From Marsupella aquatica (taxonomy: Eukaryota > Plantae > Marchantiophyta), in NCBI GenBank assembly GCA_973895155.1, contig OZ316896.1:5593303-5657302 (forward strand): 64,000 bases of DNA. Reading direction: 5' to 3'. The position numbers and the translations under genes were made by a program. Under the pieces are notes generated by a model, which saw only the letters and a list, made by a program, of their open reading frames with translations, did no database searches and was not told the DNA's origin. Each line of letters opens with the position of its first letter. The first letter of the stretch is position 1. Positions 14,701 to 25,909 of the stretch are shown here, piece after piece.

Positions 14701-17700
14701 TTAGAAAATCTTCATTTCCATACCTTGAGAGATGCGTCGCCAGCAAAACCGTCGCTGAAAGGAGTTTGTGCGAAACCTTCGGTCAAGACGGACCCTTCGG
14801 GCACGACTTTCTCTGCGGGTGCCTGATTGTAGATGCAGGCCATTCACTTAGGGGACACTTTTGATAATTGGCCGTATTGTGCAAACTTGGTCTAGTCCGA
14901 GAAAATTGTTCAAATAAATGACAGTAAAGTAACAACCGTAAGTACTTGGGAGGTCCTAGTTTCCAGCCTTACCAGCCATTCCCTTGCATTGTTCGTCGAT
15001 ACAGCCCAATGTAATGTCAGTGGGCCCTGCTGCAGATTTGTGGCCAATCTCACTTTGAGCTCTCCATCTGGATTTGTCACAAGTACCTGGTAGGATACAA
15101 AGGGAGTGAGGGGAAAAAATTGCAGGACCCTGAAGGACAGGCAACCAGCCTCCTTGGTCACAAAAAGAAGCATAATAACCAGAACACTCAGGCGTCGTCT
15201 AGCTGCGACAAACTTAATTCTTCGTTGTAATTGTTCGATATAAGCTTACCAGAAGATCGCTGGGTCCGAGCTTGAATATTTTACGAAGAAGTATGAAACC
15301 CTCTTCCTCTTCTTCTATAACTTTAGCTGCTGCTTCCAGGGGAGTGGGTTCCCTCGGAGGAGCAGGTGTACCTCCTTGGACTGCCCCTGTGGAGAGCTCA
15401 TCCGCGCGGTTGAGAAGCTCCAATGGGTCCCTCTGCTTCCGGGTCACTTTCGAAAAGTTCATCTTTCTGCTGGATTTTCCATTATTACTTGTAGAAGGCG
15501 GTGATCTAGTGTCACTGCTGCCTCCCCCTCCAGTTAGCTTCGATCGCAGGGCATCAATTGAAAGTCCTGCAGCGACCTCCATCTGCAGATCTTTTCGAGC
15601 TGCCTCAAAATTTTCCTGGGAGCCGCATGAATGCCATGGTCAAGGAAATATAGGTACGGGTATTCCAAGAACAAAAATAAGGTCCTAAAGGTTCATGAGT
15701 TGTAACAGAAAAGGGAGTTGTCCATTTTCCGAAAGGCACTAAAGAGGTTGCGAGACTTTCTCATGCTTGGGAATCCACGATTTCTAAAACTTGGACAGCA
15801 AATATATCCCATTGACAGGCCATCCAGTGAACCAACAACGAAAACTCATCGGCTCACTCACGACCCCCGAATGATCCTTTCCCGACCATATTGAAATTCA
15901 TTTATGGCGCTCAAGTGGAATGAATTGCGTTAAAATATATATATCCCTGCTCGTCTGTACAATTTCTTCAGTGTGTAACATCTGGGTTTCCCGTGCAGTT
16001 AGTACGCATTTTAGCAGCAAACCCGGGCACGAACAGTTTTACATGCACGATTCCTCCAAACTTCCTTTTGGCTGAAGGGATTTATCTGACTTAGTCTGTA
16101 CCTTCTCTTGCTCGGGTGAATACATTTGTTTGCCATTCTTCTCCCAGCGTAGGTAGGACTGGATCCCAATCAGATCATCCGGAATATTCACGTCGAAGCC
16201 AGGATTCGGAAGCTCTACACGGTAGTTCCCGCCATTGTTCTTGAACCTAAAGTAGAGCACCGATGCCAAAAAGAGTGTGACCGCACAACATTTTCGTGGG
16301 TGTCCAAGATCACCTACAAGTAATGCAATTCTGTAGCTTCTCTCTTGAGGTTGGTACCTATATCATCTGAATCTTTTGGATGACATTTCTACAGTGCAAG
16401 AGGCTGAACTGAATGTAACGACTCAATTGAAACCCCTTACCATCGATCGCTGTTATCTTCTTTGAGGAGGAACTCGATTGCGTTGAATGCAGCATCCTCG
16501 AGATCAACTCGAACGAAGGCTCGGTCTCCGTCCTGAAAAATACATGTTTAGGAGAAGATGCAATGGGAAGCTTCCATACTTTAACAGATAAATAGATACC
16601 AGCAACAGAAACGTACTAGGAACTAGCTCAACTCAACTAAGCTGCAGCACCTGGAATCGGAGGGGAGGGGAGGGGAGGGGAGGGGAGGTATAGACTACCT
16701 TCACGAATCGCGACTGTACTGCTTGATTCTGAAAGTCCCAAGAATCAGCCGGTCTTCGATTCGGAAGATACCACTTGCTGCGCATAACATTGAGATCGGA
16801 ATGAGATCATGCCCTTGGAGAAGTAAGGGCATTTGACAAACATGGGAAAAATCGTACACACTATGGAATGCTAGGATCTAGACGGGAGTGGTCACGTGAT
16901 ATTTTACCCTTTTCCAGGCTTGGTCGCACCCCAGTGAAGAATCAGGGATGACACATTGCTGGAGGTAACTTCTAACTCAACAAATGCTGGTGATCCAGGA
17001 GCTCCACTGGATGTTTTGACCTGCAAAAGTCCGCGCAAAAAATCAGAATAAACCCTGGGTACGGCACGTCCGTAGGCAATGCTCTAGGGTAAGAGCTGCA
17101 AGAACAGATAGTCCAATTCACAAGATACGCCAATGGGCAAAGACCATGCTTCAGAGAAACCCCATTCCATTACTGACATGACAACCAGTAAGGAATGCCA
17201 CAAGAATTGCCGTCTACTGAGATGCGGTTTGGATCATGATTATGCCACATCCTCATTCAGACCCAAAAGAGCGGAAACCGGTCAAAGCCCACCTTTAAAT
17301 TTCCAGCTCCTCCTTCAAGCTGATACTCGCCAACGACCTGGACGTACAATCACAAGTTAGGGATATTAGCAATGAAACCTTTAAGAAGAAGCCCCGATAC
17401 CTCAAGCTATAGTAGAGGATCACAGAATGATTGGACGCGAATGTTATCCCCTGTATGATCTGTTCGACACAAAACACAATCTTCAAGCATCACTCGGATG
17501 CAATTGGGGAGTTCATATGATTTTCTGGAAGTTTGGGGGGAAAACGTCGCTTCTAGAGCTGCAGAGTAAAAAGGACAGATAATCCGGCCGGTGGTCCATT
17601 CATGGATGTACTTTAGTAATTAGTCAAGTTCTTCTGTGTACATGGGGTATGCATTCATTCAATAGAGAGCTCAATATATTTCAACAGAGTTCTGATCAAG

Positions 17701-18475
17701 CCTTTAGCGCCCATCGTATTATCTTCTTAGGCTTGGAGAAACTCGTGGCCCCATAATAACCGAACCGTGCTCTGGCCATTCTCACGCGCCATCTGCACTG
17801 GTCGGAGGCACATATCGCATCACAGCTCAGCTTTAGGGACTCAAATCTCAAGGTTTCTGGGTTTCATTCTCTGTGATTATGTTTATGTTCCGTTCAGACG
17901 TAGAAAACATATTCGGACGATGAACAATCTAGGACCCGGCATTGCATGCCACAAGTCTTAGATCACAGATTTCACGCCGAGAACTGCAACACCTTCCCTG
18001 CAGACTATGTCAGATGTCTTTGAATTCCTAAGCTGTGGCACAGGCATGTAAAACGTTTATTCGTGGGCGCTTAACACAACGCCCTTTGCGCTGTAGGACG
18101 GAAAAGAGTTCTTACCTCATCAACCGGGGCATCGACAGCGATGGCTGCGCGAGGCATGACTCCGCCCCTTCTACTCACGCCCCTCGCATTATCGAATCTG
18201 GAGGAGGCCGTCAAGGAAGGGAGGCCTCTTGCGAAGTAGGTGTTTCTCTTGAGAGAAGACGCATTCGCTGCGCCCGCAGAGGACGACAACAAGCGCGACG
18301 CCCCACACGCAGAGCAGGAGGAGGCGGGGAAATCCACCACATGCGCGCGTCCTATTTGCGCTCCTCTGCTGCTGCTGCTCAATGCTCCGCTCTGCTCCGT
18401 CTTCGCATGACTAGCGGTCGGACATAGCGCCAAAGGCTGAATTGTCGCCGCTACCGCAAACCCACAGCCCTGCAT
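8761..18475 (-). CDS. GWD1: Alpha-glucan, water dikinase (plastid starch phosphorylation), many exons
   Basis: Ser/Ala/Arg-rich transit-peptide exon (18116-18475). CBM45-like exons (LILHWG, LHWAV). GWD motifs YLRWEKNGK, WLRYMATRQLTWNKNYNVKPREIS and MMEEWHQKLHNNTSPDDV. Phospho-His motif DILSHVSVRARN. Nucleotide-binding VGAKSRN, VKGLGETLVGAY and C-terminal QDIEGV...IVQTRPQM. Confidence 0.96.
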
Positions 18476-18815
18476 TCTGGATAGAATCTCCTCGTCTGCT
18501 TCTTCTTAAAATCTATGTGCTCGAAAAGAGAAATCGAAAGAATTGAAGTCTGCAACGCTGAAACGCTCGGTCTGTCCGACTCGTTTCGTTCTGGTACAAG
18601 CTCTCTTCGCCCTCTGCTGCTGCTACTGCTTGGGTGGAGAGCAATCACGCTCTACAGCCCTGCATTCTGGATAGAATCCTCCTCTTCTTCGTCTTCTTAA
18701 AATCTACCTACTCAAAAAGAGGAAATCAAAAACATTGCAGTCCGCAACACTGAAACCCTGTGTCCGTCCGATTCGTTTCCCTCTCATACAAAGCTCTCGT
18801 CGCCCTCTGCCGCTG
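18465..18815. repeat. ~190-bp tandem duplication spanning the GWD start codon and 5' UTR
   Basis: CAGCCCTGCATTCTGGATAGAATC...TCTTCTTAAAATCTA...TCCGA.TCGTTTC...CAA.GCTCTC..CGCCCTCTGC occurs at ~18465 and ~18656. Confidence 0.75.
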
Positions 18816-19156
18816 CTCCTGCATGGGCGGTGAGGAATCAAGACAATTAGTTCCTTCGCTCGATGCTTCGGGGCTCAAAATCGGAATCAAATCGGAGTCA
18901 AAAACTCACCGAAATGCGTCCCGAAGTCCGAATTCCGCGACCGAATCGTGAGGTTTCACTCCGTTCTCAAGAGGGCAGGTGCGAATTCGTGTGGAAGGGA
19001 ATCATGCAGCTCTCCGTCACCTGGCTCACTCCCAATCTCCTCCGCGAAGAGGCGCGGATGATCCCCCCTTTTCTAGCTGGGCCCGGCAGATGGGCCTCAC
19101 AATCCTCCCCCGATGTCTCCTCCCTCTCTTTTTTTTCGCTTGCTCGTCCTGTTCGC

Positions 19157-19188
19157 TCTCCTCTCCTCTCCTCTCCTCTCCTCTCCTC
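19157..19188. repeat. (CTCCT)n microsatellite in the GWD upstream region
   Basis: About six CTCCT units read directly. Confidence 0.8.
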
Positions 19189-20091
19189 GACTCGTCTCCG
19201 TTTTCTACGGTGGCATACGTAACACGTGATGAAAGAAGCCCTTTTCCCTGCCCCCAGCCCGTCAATCGTTATTTCATCTGCCCTGCCCAACAGCCCGCCA
19301 TCTCGACACCTTTGCTTTCAAGACATTTATTTGATGGACCGCCCCCCCCCCCAAAGCAAAGTTTTCTCTCCAAGTCTCCAACCAACCCTATGAGCTTTTG
19401 GATACGTCAATTTAAAGTCTAACAAAGGTCTGGATCACTTGTGGGGTCCATCCAGGACACTTTTAGTTTTAGGGGTCCATTGAGTAAATGTCTCTTTGTT
19501 TTTACCCCAACCCCCTCAACCCCAAGCATAAGGTTTTTTTCTCCTATGAATTTTTTTGGCTTAGGAGCTCGAGTGAGGATGATGGACCCCCAAAATGAGA
19601 AGTGTTACTTGGCGGACCTCATGCGTGATCCAGAATGTTGATAGATGTTCACATGTTGATAGATGTTCAATTGATCTATCCAAACCCTCATGGGGATGGT
19701 TGGGGATAAAACTTTGGTTTGGGGATACATTAAGTACATGTCTCCTTGAGAGACATTTACAAGATGGGCCCCCAAAATAAAAGTCTTACTTGATGGACAT
19801 CATGAGTGATCCAGACCATTGATAGATCAACCTTCAATTGACTCACCCACGAACTCATGGGGTTGGTTTGGGAGAAAACCTTGGTTTGGGGGTCCACCAA
19901 GTAAATGTACCCCAACTGTGTTGCCTGTTCCTTGAATGTAAATAGAGGTAAGCCTTACCCCCCTTGGTAAAGGTTTTCTTGGCCATGAATGTTTTCAGCT
20001 TAATTGGGAGCTTAATAGCTTGAGTCCCAAGTGTGCTACCGGTTCTTTGAATGTAAATAGCAGTCAGCCTTACCCCATGCGAGTAAAGTTC

Positions 20092-20229
20092 TGTCGTGCG
20101 CATACATATCGCTACACAACATACATCGCTTGTCACATACATCCAGACATAGTCACACTGCCACATCACAAACACAAGATAATGGAATACAAGTGGAACT
20201 CATGTCCACACATGTCCAAAACCCACAAT
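20092..20229. repeat. Terminal repeat segment A, outer copy (138 bp)
   Basis: Matches 20559-20696 with 3 mismatches by eye. Confidence 0.9.
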
Positions 20230-20556
20230 AATCTCAACACAATCGACACAACGATCCCGGTCAACAATACCCCATCGATCCCGCACCAATCCGATCACAC
20301 ACGTATGTCAAGCCAACGCACCTTGCACTACTCAAGGAATCCACGTTACACAAGCGGAGCTCACAGCCACCATAGCCACTCAAGCTCCTCTCTCTCCAAG
20401 GCTCAACATTGAAAGATGACCTTTCAATGTCTCACAAGTGAGAAGTACCCTCTCACACAAACCTGACGGAACCTTATCGGCTCCAATAGCACTCATACCA
20501 AACGTACATACTCTAATAGCATGATATACTACTACACTACTCAGAATGGTGTGACA
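20229..20556. repeat. Terminal repeat segment B, inner copy (328 bp)
   Basis: Matches 28741-29068 with 6 mismatches by eye, all transitions. Confidence 0.92.
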
Positions 20557-20558
20557 GT

Positions 20559-20696
20559 TGTTGTGCGCATACATATCGCTACACAACATACATCGCTTGT
20601 CACATACATCCAAACATAGTCACACTGCCACATCACAAACACAAGAGAATGGAATACAAGTGGAACTCATGTCCACACATGTCCAAAACCCACAAT
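20559..20696. repeat. Terminal repeat segment A, inner copy (138 bp)
   Basis: Direct repeat of 20092-20229, separated from B by a 2-bp spacer (GT, 20557-20558). Confidence 0.9.
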
Positions 20697-20706
20697 CGCC
20701 CCCCTA
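20697..20706 (-). other. Candidate polypurine tract
   Basis: Minus strand reads AGGGGGGCG immediately before ATTGTGGG, the start of the inner A copy. Confidence 0.5.
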
Positions 20707-20869
20707 GCTGGGAGTAAGGTCCCCTAACTCTAGCTAGCCATGAGTTCTACAAGGTTGATATACACCTTTTTAGGTGTGAAGATCAGGAGGCCGGGTGCAA
20801 GTGAGCCCCATCGATCACCTACCTGCAATCCATATCTGCCAAGAGAACACAAATGATAACTAGTCGGCT

Positions 20870-21012
20870 TCACCGACACTGAGGACACAACCATGATCCA
20901 CTAGGAATCACCTGCAATGGTGGTGTCAAACATGACATGTGCCATCCTCTAGAACACTTATCACAATCAACATAGTAGTTGCTCCCTGAGCAGATCCACA
21001 CAACATACATTT
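20870..21012 (-). pseudogene. PHD finger (C4HC3) at the integrase C-terminus, one frameshift
   Basis: CMLCGSAQGATTMLI, then after a frameshift CDKCSRGWHMSCLTPPLQVIPSGSWLCPQCR*. Confidence 0.85.
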
Positions 21013-22410
21013 CAAGCCAGCACGAATATGTGCCAAGCTTGGATCTACTGTACCATCAATGTTGGGAAGGTGACATGGTGCACAGTTGCGCACATGATCC
21101 TTCCAAACCATACCATCGCGTCCCTCCAACATCAGGACACCAGAAGGCAACACTTCACGCACACGTAAGATTGTCCGGTCTGCGGTCACATCAAGTATCG
21201 TGGGTGCTGTCTGCTGCAAATAAATATAATCACCAAGATGAAATCGCCGAATGCTTGCACGGTAACCTCCTCCACGAATAGTGGCATACCTCAAAGTATC
21301 ACGATGTTGGGCAATGGCAAGGTTGTCGAAAGCCATGGGCATCACTCGCTGAAATACCCGTGCTCTCTCTGAACACACCTTGACCCAAACATCAGGATCA
21401 TCCAAGTTCACAACTGATGCAGCACCACGACGAATAACTGCTGGCAAATCTGGCTCTCTACCATAGAGCAAAAAGTAAGGTGAGAAGGATGCAAGTGATG
21501 CTTGCCGATTGAAACGGTAGCCCATAGCTAACCAAGGTAGCTGGAGATCTCAATCTCCCAGATGACCAACCTGCAAGCCATACTTACGCAATCCTCTTTT
21601 CATAGTTTGCACAACTCTCTCAACTAACCCATCTGCCTCAGGATGATCACGAGAGGTAGTACGATGATCAATCAGAGCTTGTTCACACAAACTCTCAAAC
21701 TCTCCACGGAACTCAGTTCCCTGATCAGTCAACACCTCAGCTGGTGCTCCAAAATGACTGAGTACACGATCCAAAAATATAGCAGCAACTCCTCCACTGG
21801 CTTTATCTGGCAACGCCACTAGCTCAATCCACTTGGAGAAGTGCTCCACCATGACCAAAACATACCGATTATGACGTTGGGTAAGAGGTAATGGACCAGC
21901 AAAATCCAAACTCCAACGATATCCCAAACCCATGATCGGCAACGGGTGCAATTGGAGAGTGGGAGCATTAAATGATGCTCTCACTCTGTCACATACCACA
22001 CATTTAGCTATCAACTGCTGGACATGAGTGTGCATACCATGCCACCAATACTGTGTCTGCAGCAAGCTGTAAGTGCACTTTATACCAAAGTGACCCAACT
22101 CCTCGTGCGCATGTCGCACCAAATGTACTCTTTGTGATGGTTTTGGGACCACCAACACTCTACCATCATGCAATACTCTCAAAAGATGGTTTCCCTCCCA
22201 TCGAAACCTCTTGGCTCTCTGTAGAACCCTGTCACGTTCCTTGGCATCAACACTGCCAACAATAGAACCACTGCGCAGATATTCCAACACTCTCACATCA
22301 TTGTGAATATCTTGCTGTCCAGTAGTTACCTCACTAACATCCACATCTGAAGACTCATCATCCACTCCATCCAATGAGGTAGAGTCCACAGATCCATTGT
22401 ATGCTGGCAC
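21013..22410 (-). pseudogene. Gypsy DDE integrase with HHCC zinc finger
   Basis: HAHEELGHFG...CVVC, WSLDFAGPLP, VLTDQGTEF and HPEADGLVER. In-frame TGA at 21550 (TGG expected), then MGYRF..SPYFLLYGREP. Confidence 0.92.
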
Positions 22411-22499
22411 CCAACAAAGAAAGGCAGATGCATGTCATGTTGGCACCATCTCCTTATCTGACTCATCATTCCATCTGGCTCCAGTCTCATCTTGCTGAC

Positions 22500-23937
22500 T
22501 GGTACATGGATTGCGGCTTAATCCATCTGCATCCAAGTTCATTTTTCCAGGCCTATGCACCACCTGGAAATCATACTCCTGTAACAACAATGCCCATCAT
22601 GCAAGCTTCCCTGTAAGCTTGTCAAACTCCATTAACCACTTAAGAGGCTGATGATCAGTGATCAAGGTGAAGGGGTTACCAAACAAGTAACAACAAAAGT
22701 GTGCAACAGCCCACACTGCTGCCAAACACTCTCCCTCATAAGAGCTATACTTAGCCTCTGCTGAATTGTTTGATCTACTGGCATAAGCCATAACAAACTC
22801 ATTCCCCTCATCATCCTTCTGAGTCAGCACTGCTCCAAGTCCTACTCCACTCCAATCAGTGTGTAGCTGAAATGGTCTGCCTGAAATGGGTCTTCTCAAA
22901 ATAGGGGATGATGCCAACCTTTGCTTCAACTCCTGAAAGGCATGCTCCTGGTCATCACCCCAAATCCATTCCTGATCCAACTTAGTGAGTATGGTCAAAG
23001 GTTTAGCAAGCTGGCTAAATCCTTTAACATACCTCCTGTAGTAGCTCACCAATCCCAAGAATGCACGAACTCTACTCACATCAGTAGGACAAGGAATCTG
23101 TGTAATGGCCTCCACTTTAGTCTGCTGTACACCCAATCCCCCTGGGTATATAGTGTGGCCCAAATACTCAATCTGGTCTTGGAAGAACTTACACTTGCCA
23201 GGATGGAGCTTCAACCCATGTGCTCTCAATCTCTCCAACACAATTTGCAAGTGCTGCTGATGTTCTTCCACAGTAGAAGAATAGACCAAAATATCATCAA
23301 TATAACATCTAACAAAATCCAAACCTGCAAGGATTTGATCCATAACTCTCTGGAACTCAGCTGGTGCATTCTTCAACCCAAATGGTAAGAATAACCACTG
23401 ATACAAACGATCTTTGCCATAAGAATCAATCCCCCAGAATGTTGTCTTGGACCTGTCAGTATGCCTAATTGGAAGCTGATGGTACCCGGCCCTCAGATCC
23501 AATGAACTGAAAACCTTTGCATGCCCCACAGCATCAAAGATCTCCTCAGGTGTGGGCATGGTATATCGATCAGATTTTGTCTGGCGATTAATAGGTCTGT
23601 AATCACCACACATGCGTCTATCTGTGTAATTGCCATGCACATCCTTCTTGGCTGGCATCACTGTGGCAGATGCATACTCCCCATATGAAATCTCCACCAA
23701 TCCAGCCTCCAACAAATCTTGAGTTCCGCTTTGAATCAGAGCTCTCTCCATGTCACTATAACGGTATGGTCTACGAAAGACTGGCGCATCAATCTGAATA
23801 CCAAGGCCCTTCAGTGTCCCCAAATCCTTCATGCTGAATGCAAAACAATTCCAATAACTCTTCAGGAATCGATGCATGCGACGTCTCTCCTCCCCTGTTA
23901 ACTTAGGGCCAAGCTGTGGTTCCCAACTCTCCACCAA
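22500..23937 (-). pseudogene. Gypsy reverse transcriptase and RNase H
   Basis: RMCGDYRPIN, LDLRAGYHQL, LPFGLKNAP, YIDDIL, FQLHTDWS and TDHQPLKWL. In-frame TGA at 22597, then WALLLQEYDF...DADGLSR. Confidence 0.95.
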
Positions 23938-24179
23938 ATCCCTAATATCTCTTTGTAGGGTAGAAGAGATGGCCGATGATTGCTATTTAGCAGTAGATTG
24001 AGCAGTCCCTTCCTGCTCAACAATCTATCCAACCTTGGCCAATCCTGCCATAGGTCCATGGACTGTCTGCTCGCCCCCAGCTGTGGTCAATACTGTCTCA
24101 GTGGACCGCAAGCTCACCAAGGGACAATCAGTAATTCCAGCAGAGCGCATCCGCAACTGTTCAGCTACTCCCAAGCTGA

Positions 24180-25130
24180 TAATCCAAGTCAAACAATTCA
24201 GGTCCATTGCTTGACCAAGAACCTGGCGCCGCAAACCCTCTGACACAAAGGCAACTGTAGTGGTGCCAGTCAAAAATCCCATAGCACGCTCTCTCTCATC
24301 AGTAGTAGGCTCCACTAACTGCTGGAGAGCTATGTCCCACACTAGTCCAGGGCCACCTGCTCTGAATGCATATGAAGTAGAGTGGCTTACAAGAGTCGGT
24401 AATGCACAATGTGGGCGCCCAACTACATTGACCATTGTCAATGGAGGTCTATCAGGTTGGGTCACACCCTGTGCCCGACGCCCTGGATCCAAAATATCAT
24501 CCACCACTAAGGCTGGTGAGCGTGGAATGCTGTCAAATGCGCGCTTCAGCACCTCACATGGGATCAAATTAGTCCACCACAAGCGTGGACGATGTGCACG
24601 AGAACCCACACGTGCAGCATCCAATAACATAGCAGGTCCAATCCAAGACCTCACCTGGTGAACAATGGCAACAATCCGACTATGATCATCACCTAACAAT
24701 GGCACATTCTCCAAAATGTATGTTGGAGACTGTGTCTGATGTAGCTGGAGATGACGCGGCACCCGTAACATCTCCCAAAACAATGTAGAGCGTGGATCAT
24801 GAAGTCCATGCCCAATGCCAGCTCTAGATTGGCCCTGACATGGCCAACCAACAATCACCAAATCAATGGGGCCAACACGATGTAGATGATCCGCCCCCAG
24901 CAATGAAATATCAGCAGGTAGTGCATGCTGATAACCACAAACAGCATACTACTGGCAGCAACTGTGGATATCTATCCACCAACATAGCCACATGTCGCAA
25001 TGAGACCCTCCGTGCTGTCTTATCTGTCTCCACATACAAATAATGACGCACAGGAATTCCTGCCTGAAGAACAACAGCCAATCTAGTGCTAATCCCACTA
25101 AAAAGATCCAACAAACAAATACCCTCTGGT
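24180..25130 (-). pseudogene. C5 cytosine DNA methyltransferase domain (DNMT3-like, non-permuted) inside Pol; one frameshift near 24950
   Basis: Motif I LLDLFSGIST, II YLYVETD, III ADI, IV DLVIVGWPCQG, V LFWEMLR, VI ILENV, VIII LDAARVGSRAHRPRLWWTNL, IX ERERAMGF and X RRQVLGQAMD, in canonical order. Confidence 0.9.
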
Positions 25131-25198
25131 GGATATTGCCAAGCAATAGGAGTGGTATCCAATGGTGAAAGAGTCACAGGTCCATCTACAAGAGACTG

Positions 25199-25909
25199 CT
25201 ATGCTCCTGATTGTGGTGTAAAAGCATGACGCCATGCATCATGTACCAATCGTGCTACTGCCTGTGGCAAGGCCTGTGCAGTGCCCCACACTGGTGGCAC
25301 AACACTGCCAACAGGTAATCCTCGCATGATGTGCTCCTCATGAGACTCCTCCAATGGTGGAACATCGGCTGCATGCACATTACCCTCGATCAAATCATCA
25401 GGTCCAACAATTACACCACTGAATGCTGCCAAAGACAATGGTGTGGATTTAGGGCCTCCCACAGGTCCACTAAATCTCACTGGCAATTTTCTCAATCGAG
25501 CATCTCTTGACTGCCAATCAGGTCTATATGACACTGATTCCTCCCAAAAATCAAGAATAAATCCCATGGGGTAGAGCACTATACATCCCACCAACACATC
25601 ATATGACTCTGCCTTAGTCAGAATAGCTCGCGCCTGTATCTGTGAGCTATCTGTGGTATGACCTTCCTGAATCCTCAAATCAAGTGGTCTCCTAGTGATA
25701 TGTTGTGTAGGTGTAGGTCCCCCCAATGAAGTCTGAATGGGAAAGGGACAATCCTCCAAATCCTCTGGACGCAATCCCAATCCACGTATGACAGACTTCC
25801 CCAACATCAAGGGCTGAGCACCAGTATCCAGTAACACTCTCTCTAGTTGGTATACTGCTCCAAAAAGCCCAACTAATCGGAAGATACCACTCCGATTATC
25901 CAATGACAC
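25199..25909 (-). pseudogene. Retrotransposon aspartic protease
   Basis: VLLDTGAQPL catalytic motif and downstream YDVLVG. Confidence 0.85.

Noticed and set aside
20087-20092. 5-bp TSD
   Set aside because: With TG...CA termini the flanks are AGTTC and GTTCT; only GTTC (4 bp) is shared.
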